From: an uncultured Clostridia bacterium
GTDB taxonomy: Bacteria > Bacillota > Clostridia > TANB77 > CAG-508
Reading direction: 5' to 3'
Assembly: GCA_944391955.1 (NCBI GenBank)
Contig: CALXVG010000001.1
Location: forward strand, 249,916 to 313,915
DNA: 64,000 nt
In this document: positions 1-10,090 of the stretch, one piece after another
Layout: every line of letters starts with the position of its first letter
Numbering within the stretch: the stretch's first letter is position 1
Program-made: the position numbers and the translations under genes
Notes under the pieces: model-generated
Database searches by the model: none
Told to the model about the DNA's origin: nothing
What the model saw: only the letters and a program-made list of their open reading frames with translations

Positions 1-382
1 AATTTTTTATTTCTTTTACTTTACATTCAATTGTTACAGGGCTTTCTTTTATTCCTGGAGCCTTTATAAATTTTAATTTTTCTTTTGTTAAATTCATTTC
101 TTTAAATTTATCAACTTTTGCTCCTGTTTTAACTCCACACCAGTCTGTTGCATATGCTAATTCTGAATTAGTTAAATTTATTGCAAATTCTCCAGTTTCT
201 CTTATTATTTTATTTGAAAATCTTTGTGGTCTTACTGAAATATATACCATTGCTGGGTCTGTATTTAATATTCCTGTCCATGCAACTGTTATAATATTTG
301 ATTTTTCCATGTCTCCGCAAGTTACCATTACTGCTGGAATTGGATAAACAAAAGTCCCTGATTTCCATACTACTTTACTCAT
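1..382 (-). CDS. Flavin reductase-like domain protein (flavoredoxin type); C-terminus cut by window edge
   Basis: Minus-strand ATG at 380-382; translation MSKVVWKSGTFVYPIPAVMVTCGDMEKSNIITVAWTGILNTDP matches flavin reductase-like FMN-binding fold. Confidence 0.6.
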   Translation of the reverse strand, partial: MSKVVWKSGTFVYPIPAVMVTCGDMEKSNIITVAWTGILNTDPAMVYISVRPQRFSNKIIRETGEFAINLTNSELAYATDWCGVKTGAKVDKFKEMNLTKEKLKFIKAPGIKESPVTIECKVKEIKN

Positions 383-547
383 ATATGTTTTCTCCTTTTA
401 AAAAATATTTTTGTATAATAATTATAGAAGATGAATGACCACAGAGTGGCGTGTCGCTAAAAACGTATTAGAAAATACATCTCTAATGGTCAAAAAGTCA
501 ATGTTAAATAGTCGAACTTTTAAAGTTCGACTATTTTTATAGATTAA

Positions 548-3187
548 TTATGCTCTTGGATTTTTGATTGCTGCTTGTGCTGCTGCTAATCTTGCGATTG
601 GCACTCTAAATGGTGAACATGATACATATGTTAATCCTACATTATGGCAGAATTCAACACTTGATGGTTCTCCACCATGCTCTCCACATATTCCTAATTT
701 AATATCAGGTCTTGTTGTTCTTCCTTTTTCTACAGCCATTTTTACTAATTGTCCTACACCATTTTGATCTAATCTTGCAAATGGGTCTGACTCATAAATT
801 TTTGTTTTGTAGTATGCATCTAAGAATTTTCCTGCATCATCACGACTAAATCCAAATGTCATTTGTGTTAAGTCGTTTGTTCCGAATGAGAAGAATTCTG
901 CTTCTTCTGCAATTTCATCTGCTAATAATGCAGCTCTTGGAATTTCAATCATTGTTCCGATATGATATTTTATATCTGAACCTTTTTCCTTTTTAACTTG
1001 TTCTGCAACTTCTACTACTATATCTTTTACGAATTTTAATTCTTTCTTTTCTCCTACTAAAGGAATCATTATTTCTGGAACTATATCGCATCCATCTTCT
1101 TCTTTAACTTCAATTGCAGCTTCCATTAATGCTCTTGTTTGCATTTTTGCTATTTCTGGATATGTTACTGCTAAACGGCATCCTCTGTGTCCCATCATTG
1201 GGTTGAATTCATGTAATTCTGTACATTTTTCTTTTAGATGTTCTACTGTAACTCCCATTTCTTTAGCTAATGCTTTGATGTCTTCTTCCTCTGTTGGTAA
1301 GAATTCATGTAGAGGTGGGTCTAAATAACGAACTGTCATTGGTAGACCTTTTAGCTCTTTGTACATAGCTTTGAAGTCACCTTTTTGGAATGGTATTAAT
1401 TCATTTAAAGCTGCTTCACGAGCTTCAACTGTTTCAGATAATATCATTTTTCTTATTTTTGGTATTCTGTCTTCTTCAAAGAACATATGCTCTGTACGGC
1501 AAAGTCCTATACCTTCTGCTCCAAGATGTACAGCATTTTTTGTGTCTCTTGGGTTATCAGCATTTGTACGAACTTTTAATGTTCTATATTTATCTGCCCA
1601 GCCCATTATTCTTCCAAAGTTTCCACTAACTGATGCTTCAACTGTTTTTATATCTCCTTTATAGATTTTTCCTGTTGTACCATCTAAAGAAATATAATCT
1701 CCTTCATGGAATTTGTATCCACCAAGCTCAAATTCTTTAGCTTCTTCATTCATTTTGATATCTCCACATCCAGATACACAGCATGTACCCATACCACGTG
1801 CAACAACAGCTGCATGTGATGTCATACCTCCACGTACTGTTAAAATACCTTGTGCTGCAACCATTCCTTCGATATCTTCTGGTGTTGTTTCTAGACGAAC
1901 TAATATAACTCTTTCGCCTTTTCCACCTTTACCTAATTCTTTAGCTTCTTCTGCTGTAAATACTACTTTACCTGCAGCAGCTCCTGGTGATGCTGGTAAT
2001 GCTTCTCCAATTACTTCTCCTGCTTTTAAGCTATCTTTATCAAATGTTGGGTGTAATAACTGGTCTAATGATTTAGCATCTATTCTTAAAACAGCTTCTT
2101 TTTCATCTATCATTCCTTCATCAACTAAATCACATGCGATTTTAATTGCTGCTGGAGCTGTTCTTTTTCCATTTCTTGTTTGTAGGAAATATAATTTTCC
2201 TTCTTGAATTGTGAATTCCATATCTTGCATGTCTTTGTAATGATTTTCAAGTTTGTTTGCAATTTCCATGAATTCTTTATAACATTCTGGTAAATCTTCT
2301 GCTAGTTTTGAAATTGGTTGAGGAGTTCTAACACCTGCAACAACGTCTTCTCCTTGTGCATTAATTAAGTATTCACCAAATATTCCTTTTTCACCTGTTG
2401 ATGGGTTTCTTGTAAATGCAACACCTGTTCCTGAAGTTTCTCCCATGTTTCCAAATACCATTGCTTGTACGTTTACAGCTGTTCCCCAGTCTCCTGGTAT
2501 ATCATTCATTCTTCTGTAAACTATAGCTCTTGGGTTGTCCCAACTTCTAAATACAGCTTTAACCGCACCCATTAATTGTTCTGTTGGGTCTTGTGGAAAT
2601 TCTTCACCATTCATATTTTCTTTATAAACAGCTTTGAATCTTTTTACTAATTCTTTTAAGTCTTCTGTTGTTAAGTCTGTATCATAATGAACTTTCTTTT
2701 CTTCTTTTAATTCATCTATAATTTTTTCAAAGAATGATTTTGGAACTTCCATAACAACATCTGAATACATTTGTATAAATCTTCTATATGAATCATATGC
2801 GAATCTTGGATTTCCTGTTTTTGCTGCAAATCCTTCAACTGCAACATCATTCAAACCTAAGTTTAATATTGTATCCATCATACCAGGCATTGATGCTCTA
2901 GCACCACTTCTTACTGATACTAATAATGGATCATTGTTATCTCCAAATTTTTTTCCTTGGATTTCTTCTAATTTCTTTAATGCGGTAAATATTTGCTCTT
3001 GAATTTCAGCATTGATTTTTTTACCATCATTGTAGTATTCTGTACAAGCTTCTGTTGATACTGTAAATCCTTGTGGTATTGGTAAACCTAAGTTTGTCAT
3101 TTCTGCCAAGTTAGCACCTTTTCCACCTAGTAATTCACGCATATTTGCATTTCCCTCTTTAAAAAGGTATACATACTTTTTGCTCAT
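548..3187 (-). CDS. ppdK: Pyruvate, phosphate dikinase
   Basis: MSKKYVYLFKEGNANMRELLGGKGANLAEMTNLGLPIPQGFTVSTEAC is the canonical PPDK N-terminus. Catalytic His region GGMTSHAAVVARGMG and PEP-utilising C-terminus present. RBS AGGAAGG upstream of ATG at 3187; upstream in-frame extension in the track lacks an RBS. Confidence 0.95.
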   Translation of the reverse strand: MSKKYVYLFKEGNANMRELLGGKGANLAEMTNLGLPIPQGFTVSTEACTEYYNDGKKINAEIQEQIFTALKKLEEIQGKKFGDNNDPLLVSVRSGARASMPGMMDTILNLGLNDVAVEGFAAKTGNPRFAYDSYRRFIQMYSDVVMEVPKSFFEKIIDELKEEKKVHYDTDLTTEDLKELVKRFKAVYKENMNGEEFPQDPTEQLMGAVKAVFRSWDNPRAIVYRRMNDIPGDWGTAVNVQAMVFGNMGETSGTGVAFTRNPSTGEKGIFGEYLINAQGEDVVAGVRTPQPISKLAEDLPECYKEFMEIANKLENHYKDMQDMEFTIQEGKLYFLQTRNGKRTAPAAIKIACDLVDEGMIDEKEAVLRIDAKSLDQLLHPTFDKDSLKAGEVIGEALPASPGAAAGKVVFTAEEAKELGKGGKGERVILVRLETTPEDIEGMVAAQGILTVRGGMTSHAAVVARGMGTCCVSGCGDIKMNEEAKEFELGGYKFHEGDYISLDGTTGKIYKGDIKTVEASVSGNFGRIMGWADKYRTLKVRTNADNPRDTKNAVHLGAEGIGLCRTEHMFFEEDRIPKIRKMILSETVEAREAALNELIPFQKGDFKAMYKELKGLPMTVRYLDPPLHEFLPTEEEDIKALAKEMGVTVEHLKEKCTELHEFNPMMGHRGCRLAVTYPEIAKMQTRALMEAAIEVKEEDGCDIVPEIMIPLVGEKKELKFVKDIVVEVAEQVKKEKGSDIKYHIGTMIEIPRAALLADEIAEEAEFFSFGTNDLTQMTFGFSRDDAGKFLDAYYKTKIYESDPFARLDQNGVGQLVKMAVEKGRTTRPDIKLGICGEHGGEPSSVEFCHNVGLTYVSCSPFRVPIARLAAAQAAIKNPRA

Positions 3188-3374
3188 AAAATTTTCCTTC
3201 CTTCCTTTATATAAAATTACTCGTACATTATATATCACATTTTGCCAAATGTAAAGATATTTTTGCATTTTTTTCATAGTGGATTAGCTTAATTGTTGCC
3301 ATTTAGAGTTAAATGTAAGAAAAGTTGAAAGCCACATTAGCAAATATAAAGCGGGTCTTTTATATGTTACTTTT

Positions 3375-3440
3375 CTTGTTGTATACGGAAAAATCTTATA
3401 TAAAGCTAAGATAAAAGCCCATTTTTCCTATACAATAAAA
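3375..3440. repeat. Palindromic intergenic repeat, copy A (15-bp arms TTGTATACGGAAAAATC / GATTTTTCCTATACAA around a ~30-nt loop)
   Basis: 21/21 and 22/22 nt identical to the copy at 36375-36438; loops differ but share AAGCTAA. Lies just downstream (minus sense) of a short terminator hairpin CTGCCAAAGGCAG plus T-run. Confidence 0.6.
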
Positions 3441-3675
3441 AACTGCCAAAGGCAGAAGCATTTGTTATTTTGCTCCCGCCTTTGTCTATAAAATATACTT
3501 TTATTCAGGGAAATCTTTGCGAGCATCTACTAATAATAGATTCGTTCCGTCTTGAAACATTACTCTTACATTTTTTCTAGTTCCAATATTTGTTTTTTGC
3601 TTCTCTTCCACTACTTCTGTAACTGTTTTGTTTATAGCTTTTTCGTATGGCTTTGCTATAACATTTCTATAACCA

Positions 3676-4566
3676 TCAAAATATAATAATTCCTCGTTCT
3701 TTGTTACAATAAATATTCTCGTACCTACGCCGCATTTCTGCTAAATCATTAGCGCTTGTACTTGTTTGAGTAAATCCTTCCTTGATTATAACATCATTAC
3801 CATTTTCATCTTTTATTGTAACATATTTTCTTGTAACATCATTATAATATGCTATTTTATTATCTTGACTTATAAATATATATCCTTCAATACTTCCAAA
3901 ACTTTCTTTAAAGTTTCCTTCAAGTTCTTCATAGCTACTTCCTTCTGCATTAATTAATTCTCCTGTTGATAGTAAAAAATATGGTGGTTCAGTTATTCTT
4001 GTTGCAGCATCCCCATTTGTCATGTTAATTACTCTACCTTGAATGTTAATGTTTTCAAATATGTCATTAAAGCCATCTGATTTTTCTCTTGTCTCACTAC
4101 ATACGCTCATCCAAATTTTTCCATCATCTGTTAGTGCATAAACGCTTTCTAATGTCTGCTCCACCTGCATTGTTATGTATTTTACTTTTCCTTCAATTGT
4201 TTCTATTTTTTTCTTAGTGCCATCCTCCTCTAGAAAAGCAACTCCATCTTCAACTACTATTTTGCTACCCAAAAATTCTATTTCAGTATTATATTCATCA
4301 TCTCCAAATAACCAATATAAATCTTTATATTTTTCATATGCGTCTTCTTCATTGTATGTATTTTCTTCTTCATCCTGTATAACAGTATTTGGACTATTTG
4401 CCACCTCGTTAGATGTATCAGTGTCTTTTATATAGTAAGCATATATTATTCCTATAATAACTAATAAAGCAATTATTACAACTATACAGATTGCTACTCC
4501 TAAACTAACTTTTACTGTTTTTTTATCTTCCACACTTTTCACCCCCCTTATTCTTTTGTTTTTCAT
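3676..4566 (-). CDS. Hypothetical membrane-anchored protein (one N-terminal TM helix, acidic extracellular domain); C-terminus probably frameshifted
   Basis: 296-aa ORF with TM segment LGVAICIVVIIALLVIIGIIYAYYI. The +1 frame continues protein-like for ~75 more codons to 3493 (IFIVTKNEELLYFDGYRNVIAKPYEK...VDARKDFPE) with no start codon. Confidence 0.55.
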   Translation of the reverse strand: MKNKRIRGVKSVEDKKTVKVSLGVAICIVVIIALLVIIGIIYAYYIKDTDTSNEVANSPNTVIQDEEENTYNEEDAYEKYKDLYWLFGDDEYNTEIEFLGSKIVVEDGVAFLEEDGTKKKIETIEGKVKYITMQVEQTLESVYALTDDGKIWMSVCSETREKSDGFNDIFENINIQGRVINMTNGDAATRITEPPYFLLSTGELINAEGSSYEELEGNFKESFGSIEGYIFISQDNKIAYYNDVTRKYVTIKDENGNDVIIKEGFTQTSTSANDLAEMRRRYENIYCNKERGIIIF

Positions 4567-4644
4567 GTTTTCATTATAATATATATGTTTATTTTTTTCA
4601 ATTTTATTCGCAAAATTTTTACATTTTTTTAATATACTTTTGCT

Positions 4645-6189
4645 TTATTCCCATTCAATAGTAGCAGGTGGTTTGCTTGTAATATCATAGACTACTCTAT
4701 TTACATTTGGTACTTCATTTACAATTCTACTAGATACTTTTTCTAATATTTCATATGGGATTTTGCTCCAAATACCTGTCATAAAATCTGTTGTTTCAAC
4801 AGCTCGTAGTGCTATTGTATAGTCATATGTTCTTTCATCCCCCATAACTCCAACTGTTTTTAGATTTGTTAGAATTGCAAAGTATTGATTTATACTTTTG
4901 TGTAAGCCATGATTTGCAATTTCTTCTCTGAAAATACTGTCTGCTTCTTTTAATATTTCTAATTTTTTATCTGTTACTTCTCCTATAATTCTTATTGCTA
5001 GTCCTGGGCCTGGAAATGGTTGTCTAAATACTAAATTTTCTGGCATGCCTAGTTCTAGTCCGGTTTTTCTTACTTCATCTTTAAATAAGCTTCTAAGAGG
5101 TTCAATTATTTGTTTAAAGTTCACATGTTCTGGCAGACCACCTACATTGTGATGGCTTTTTATAACAGAACTTTTGCCTAATCCACTTTCTATAACATCT
5201 GGATATATTGTTCCTTGTACTAAGAAATCAACTTCTCCTATTTTTCTTGACTCTTCTTCAAAAACTCTTATAAATTCTTCTCCTATAATCTTTCTCTTTT
5301 TTTCTGGTTCTGTAACTCCTGAAAGTTTTTCTAAAAACCTTTCTTTTGCATTAACTCTAATTAGATTTATATCATATTCTTCTTTAAATACTCTTTCAAC
5401 TTCATCTGCTTCATTTTTACGAAGAAGTCCATGGTCAACAAAAATACATATAAGATTTTTTCCTATTGCCCTGTTTAATAGAATAGCAGCAACAGAAGAA
5501 TCTACACCACCTGATAAAGCACATAGAGTTTTTTTATCTTTAATTTTTTCTTTCAAAGTTTTAATTGATTCATCTACAAAAGATGTCATTGTCCAGTCTC
5601 CTGTGCATTTACAAATATTGTATAGAAAATTTTTTATAACTACTGTTCCATTTATAGAATTGTTAACTTCTGGGTGAAATTGTATTCCATATAACTTTTT
5701 ATCTTGATTCTCAATAGCTGCATTTGGGCATGTTTCTGTATGTCCAATATTTTGAAATCCTTCTGGTATTTTTTCCACATAATCTGTATGGCTCATTAAG
5801 AATTTGTTTTTATTTTCAAAAGTTTCGAATAATAGTGATGTGTTATTAATTTCTACATCTATTGTTCCATATTCTCTCTTATCTGCTTTTTTTACATTTC
5901 CTCCTAACAAGTGTACCATAAGTTGCATTCCATAACAGATGCCAAGTATTGGAATTCCTAATTCAAAAATTTCTTTAGGACATTTTGGTGAATTTTCTCC
6001 ATACACACTTGCAGGTCCTCCTGTAAAAATTATTCCTTTTGGTTTTCTTTCTCTTATTTTCTCAATTGAAATATCATAAGGTACTACTTCTGAGTATACA
6101 TTGCATTCTCTAACTCTTCGTGCAATTAGTTGATTATATTGCCCGCCAAAATCTAAAATAAGTATTAATTCATTTTCTTTCAAAACCAT
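4645..6189 (-). CDS. guaA: GMP synthase (glutamine-hydrolysing)
   Basis: N-terminal class-I amidotransferase [22 protein letters not shown]-PPase motif SGGVDSSV and C-terminal dimerisation domain ending IEWE. Start chosen at second ATG (MVLKENE) with GGAGG 5 nt upstream. Confidence 0.95.
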   Translation of the reverse strand: MVLKENELILILDFGGQYNQLIARRVRECNVYSEVVPYDISIEKIRERKPKGIIFTGGPASVYGENSPKCPKEIFELGIPILGICYGMQLMVHLLGGNVKKADKREYGTIDVEINNTSLLFETFENKNKFLMSHTDYVEKIPEGFQNIGHTETCPNAAIENQDKKLYGIQFHPEVNNSINGTVVIKNFLYNICKCTGDWTMTSFVDESIKTLKEKIKDKKTLCALSGGVDSSVAAILLNRAIGKNLICIFVDHGLLRKNEADEVERVFKEEYDINLIRVNAKERFLEKLSGVTEPEKKRKIIGEEFIRVFEEESRKIGEVDFLVQGTIYPDVIESGLGKSSVIKSHHNVGGLPEHVNFKQIIEPLRSLFKDEVRKTGLELGMPENLVFRQPFPGPGLAIRIIGEVTDKKLEILKEADSIFREEIANHGLHKSINQYFAILTNLKTVGVMGDERTYDYTIALRAVETTDFMTGIWSKIPYEILEKVSSRIVNEVPNVNRVVYDITSKPPATIEWE

Positions 6190-6293
6190 TACCTCCATTT
6201 TTTATTATTTTATCATATAATTATAAAAAAACATATACAAATTTTATTTCTTATAGTAAAATGTATTTATATTTTATTTTAGGAGATGCCATT

Positions 6294-6863
6294 ATGGAGA
6301 AATTAAAAGAAAAAATTTTGTCTGAAGGAAAAGTTATATCTGATTCTATATTAAAAGTAGATAGTTTTTTAAATCATCAAGTAGATGTAAATTTAATGAA
6401 AGAAATTGGAGAAGAATTTGGTAAATATTTTAATAGTAAAAATATAACAAAAGTTGTAACAATAGAAAGTTCTGGAATATCTCCTGCTACAATGACAGCT
6501 TTATACTTAAATGTGCCTTTAGTTTTTTTAAAAAAGCAGAAACCTAATACTTTAAATAATGATATTCTGCAAACTACTGTAAAGTCGTTTACAAAGGGGG
6601 AAACTTATGAGCTTACAGTTTCTAAAAAATATTTACAAAAAGATGATAATATTTTATTAATTGATGATTTCCTTGCAAATGGTGAAGCTGCTAGTGGTGC
6701 TATAAGATTAATTGAAGCTCTTGGCTCAAATGTTTCTGGAATTGGAATAGTAATAGAAAAATCTTTTCAACCTGGAAGAAAATTATTAGAGAGTAGAGGT
6801 TACGATATCTATTCATTGGCACGAATAAAGCAATTATCAGATGGGAAAATTTATTTTCTATAA
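6294..6863 (+). CDS. xpt: Xanthine phosphoribosyltransferase
   Basis: [31 protein letters not shown] and PRPP-binding [14 protein letters not shown] are typical Xpt. AGGAGA RBS 7 nt before ATG 6294. Confidence 0.9.
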   Translation: MEKLKEKILSEGKVISDSILKVDSFLNHQVDVNLMKEIGEEFGKYFNSKNITKVVTIESSGISPATMTALYLNVPLVFLKKQKPNTLNNDILQTTVKSFTKGETYELTVSKKYLQKDDNILLIDDFLANGEAASGAIRLIEALGSNVSGIGIVIEKSFQPGRKLLESRGYDIYSLARIKQLSDGKIYFL

Positions 6864-6898
6864 ATTTATGGTTGACTTAAATTGTTTCTAATTTTAAA

Positions 6899-6931
6899 TC
6901 CCAGTATTGATATCAATACTGGGGTTTATTT
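6899..6931. terminator. Bidirectional intrinsic terminator between xpt and dxs
   Basis: Perfect 11-bp stem CCCAGTATTGA/TCAATACTGGG flanked by an A-run upstream and T-run downstream. Confidence 0.8.
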
Positions 6932-8780
6932 AAATAATAGAAATATCTTTTGCTATTTTTTGTGCTGATATCCCATATTTTTCTTCTAGTTCTTCTACTT
7001 TCCCATGTTCTACAAATATGTCATCATATCCATATGTTTTCACTTTAACATTTTCTATTTTGCTTTTGTTTATGAGTTCTATAACAGATGTACCTAGTCC
7101 TCCGTGTAATAAATTGTCTTCAATTGTAATAACATTTTTTGTTTTTTCAATTGATTTTATAATTGTTTTCTCATCTAGTGGTTTTAAAAATCTAGCATTT
7201 ATTATCTCTATACTTTTTTCTGGTAATAATTCTGCTATTTCTTTTGCCCTTCCTACCATTTTTCCTATTGCTATAATAGTTACATCTTTTCCTTCTTGTA
7301 TGATTTCTGATTTACCTATTTCTATTTTTTCAACATGGTCAAATTTATAATTTTCTCCTCCTCGAGGATATCTTATAAATACTGGTTTATTTTCATTTAC
7401 CGCAAATTCTAACATTTTATCAAGTTCTTCAAAATTCTTTGGTGCCATAACAACTATATTTGGAATTGAAGATAAAAATGATAAATCAAATATACCTTGA
7501 TGCGTTTCTCCGTCATTTCCTACTATTCCTGCTCTATCAATACAAATTGTAACTGGTATTTTAGCAATTGCTATATCATGTATAACTTGATCATATCCTC
7601 TTTGTAAGAATGATGAATAAATTGGAAATACTGGCTTTAATCCTGCTTTTGCCATTCCTGCAATTAATCCAATTGCATGTTGTTCTGCAATTCCCACATC
7701 AAAAAATCTGTCTGGAAATTTATTTGCATATTCCTTAAGTCCTGTGCCATCTTTCATCGCGGCTGTTACTGCAACTATTTTTTCATCTTTTTGAGCCAGT
7801 CTAATTAAAGAATCGCCAAATGCTTTTGAATAGTCTTTTTCTTTTTGTTTTGTAGGTTCTCCTGTTTCTATATTAAAACTTGATACCCCATGAAATTTAT
7901 CTGGATTTTTTTCAGCTATTTCATATCCTTTACCTTTTTTTGTAACAACATGTATAAGGACTGGTCCTTTTATTTCCTTGCTATATTTCATTATTTTTTC
8001 TAAGTCCTCTATATTATGTCCATTTACTGGTCCTAAATATGTAAAGCCTATATCTTCGAAATACATATTATGAATAACTGCCCTTTTTATAACTTGTTTT
8101 GTATAATGTGCTATTTTTACAATAGGTTTTCCGATTATTGGAATTTTATTAGTGAATTCTTTAACCTTTTTATTAGAACTTGTATATCCTCTTCTTGTTC
8201 TTATTTTACTTAAGTATAATGGAATTCCACCAACATTTTTAGAAATGCTCATTTCATTATCATTTAGTATTACTTTTAAATTTGTTTTTGTAGTTGCTGC
8301 ATCATTTAAAGCTTCTAATGCCATTCCACCTGTTAATGAACCATCACCAATTACTGCTATCACTTCATGTTCTTGTTTTAAAATGTCTCTAGCTCGTGCC
8401 ATTCCTGTTGCAACAGAAATAGATGTACTACTATGTCCTGTGTTAAAACTATCATACTCTGATTCTGAAATTTTGGGGAATCCAGCTATCCCACCAAATT
8501 TTCTAATAGTATCAAATTTATCTTTTCTGCCTGTTAATATTTTATGAACATAGCATTGATGTCCAACATCCCATATAATTTTGTCCTCTGGAGTATTAAA
8601 AACTGAATGAAGTGCTATTGTTAATTCAACTATACCCAAATTAGAAGCTAAATGTCCTCCATTTCTCGAAACAACTCCTAATATTAGTTCCCTTATTTCT
8701 TCTGATAATTGTTTTTTTTCTTGTATGTTTAATTTTTTTAAGTCTTCTGGATTATTAATCCCATCTAAAATTTTTGCCAT
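6930..8780 (-). CDS. dxs: 1-deoxy-D-xylulose-5-phosphate synthase
   Basis: MAKILDGINNPEDLKKLNIQEKKQLSEEIRELI, thiamine-PP motif GDGSLTGGMALEALN and transketolase-like C-terminus. Confidence 0.95.
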   Translation of the reverse strand: MAKILDGINNPEDLKKLNIQEKKQLSEEIRELILGVVSRNGGHLASNLGIVELTIALHSVFNTPEDKIIWDVGHQCYVHKILTGRKDKFDTIRKFGGIAGFPKISESEYDSFNTGHSSTSISVATGMARARDILKQEHEVIAVIGDGSLTGGMALEALNDAATTKTNLKVILNDNEMSISKNVGGIPLYLSKIRTRRGYTSSNKKVKEFTNKIPIIGKPIVKIAHYTKQVIKRAVIHNMYFEDIGFTYLGPVNGHNIEDLEKIMKYSKEIKGPVLIHVVTKKGKGYEIAEKNPDKFHGVSSFNIETGEPTKQKEKDYSKAFGDSLIRLAQKDEKIVAVTAAMKDGTGLKEYANKFPDRFFDVGIAEQHAIGLIAGMAKAGLKPVFPIYSSFLQRGYDQVIHDIAIAKIPVTICIDRAGIVGNDGETHQGIFDLSFLSSIPNIVVMAPKNFEELDKMLEFAVNENKPVFIRYPRGGENYKFDHVEKIEIGKSEIIQEGKDVTIIAIGKMVGRAKEIAELLPEKSIEIINARFLKPLDEKTIIKSIEKTKNVITIEDNLLHGGLGTSVIELINKSKIENVKVKTYGYDDIFVEHGKVEELEEKYGISAQKIAKDISII

Positions 8781-8888
8781 ATCTGCCTTCTTTCTCCCCT
8801 AACTATTGTAATCGCAAACTATTTAATTGTCAACTTCTTGTTTTTTTTTAAATTCTGTGATAATATTTTATGCGAAAGAGGAGATTTT

Positions 8889-9614
8889 ATGGACGGAATT
8901 TTTTCTAAAAAATTTGAAATAACAATGTCAGATATCAGTGAAGTTAATGAACTTTCTAATAAAGGAATTTTAAGATTTTTACAAGAAATTGCTTGTCTTC
9001 ATTCAGATAGTTGTGGCTCTAGTGTATCTAATCAAGATGAAATTGGAATTGCATGGATTCTTTTAAATTGGAAAGTTCGCGTTTTTTCTAGACCACATTG
9101 GAATACCCCTGTCATGGTAAAAACTTGGTCTAGTGGTCAAAAGCATTTGAGTTTTTACAGGGATTTTGAAATAACTGATGAAAATAACAATTTAGTTGCA
9201 ATTGCAACATCTAAATGGCTTCCTTTAGATATTTTTAATAAAACATTTGCAAAGATAACACCTGAACTTTTAGATCGTTATCATATAATAGATAAAAAGG
9301 TTTTTGACGAGCCTATGAAAGAAAAGTTCTTAGAACCTGAAAATTCAGTATTTGTTAAGGATTATACGGTATTACGTAGGGATTTAGATACTAATCATCA
9401 TATGAATAACCTAAATTATTTAGATTTAGCTTATGAAGCTATACCAGATAATATTTCTTCTGATTTTTCTGATATTGAAATAATGTATAAAAGTGAAGCT
9501 AAATTGGGAGATGTTTTAGAATTATATTGTTATAGTTTTGATAATAACGAATATACTATTACTATAAAAGATAAAAATACTAATGCATTGCATTGCATTA
9601 TAAAACTATATTAA
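8889..9614 (+). CDS. Acyl-ACP thioesterase
   Basis: GIAWILLNWKVRVFSRPHWNTPVMVKTWSSG and hot-dog double-domain layout of the FatA/FatB-like family. AGAGGAG RBS before ATG 8889. Confidence 0.85.
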   Translation: MDGIFSKKFEITMSDISEVNELSNKGILRFLQEIACLHSDSCGSSVSNQDEIGIAWILLNWKVRVFSRPHWNTPVMVKTWSSGQKHLSFYRDFEITDENNNLVAIATSKWLPLDIFNKTFAKITPELLDRYHIIDKKVFDEPMKEKFLEPENSVFVKDYTVLRRDLDTNHHMNNLNYLDLAYEAIPDNISSDFSDIEIMYKSEAKLGDVLELYCYSFDNNEYTITIKDKNTNALHCIIKLY

Positions 9615-9650
9615 AAAGCGGATGACTCCTGTTGGAGTCATCCTTTTTGC
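9615..9650. terminator. Bidirectional intrinsic terminator
   Basis: GGATGACTCC-tgtt-GGAGTCATCC stem followed by TTTTT; A-run on the other side serves the minus-strand gene 9666-10019. Confidence 0.8.
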
Positions 9651-9665
9651 TGGGGTTACCGTTCC

Positions 9666-10019
9666 TTAGTCCTCAAAGTTCATTTCAGGAGCAAGTATAA
9701 TGGTATACTTGAACGGCTTAAACTCAATGTCATGCCTTACCAGAATAGCAATGTCCTTGCGTGAAAGCTTTTTGTAGAGCTTCCTTTTGCCGTGGCAGAA
9801 AGCACTGTTTATCTGCCTAAGCAGATAGTTGTCCCTTGTCCCAGTTAACCGCTTCGTTGTAATGATATACAAAAAAGGTTTTACCGGGAAGTGCAAAACA
9901 TATGCCACATAGGAGACTTGCTCTTCTGTCAGCACTCTCACCGTGCTCTGCTGTCCGTGTTTTTTCTTTTCCCTGAGCTGTTGCTCAAGTTTCTTGCACG
10001 AGTTCCGATTGTTACTCAT
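9666..10019 (-). CDS. Hypothetical 117-aa basic protein in a GC-rich (~45%) islet
   Basis: Open frame MSNNRNSCKKLEQQLREKKKHGQQSTVRVLTEEQ...ILAPEMNFED. Codon usage (CTG, GGC, CCG, CAG) unlike flanking genes. No family recognised. Confidence 0.5.
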   Translation of the reverse strand: MSNNRNSCKKLEQQLREKKKHGQQSTVRVLTEEQVSYVAYVLHFPVKPFLYIITTKRLTGTRDNYLLRQINSAFCHGKRKLYKKLSRKDIAILVRHDIEFKPFKYTIILAPEMNFED

Positions 10020-10090
10020 TGTCTGTATCCCCAATCGTAATATATTGTATCGCCTACCGGCAAATACTAAAATATTTTATCACATTTTTG

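Noticed and set aside
6199-6293. Purine riboswitch expected upstream of xpt or guaA
   Set aside because: The leader is only ~60 nt and lacks the conserved purine-aptamer junction sequences. xpt starts directly after an AGGAGA RBS.
9650-10040. GC-rich islet as a structured RNA (RNase P RNA, tmRNA, SRP RNA)
   Set aside because: None of the conserved motifs I remember (RNase P P4 AGGAAAGUCCGGGCUCC, tmRNA tRNA-like 3' end, SRP domain IV) are present. A 117-codon open frame with a start and RBS-like sequence is more parsimonious.
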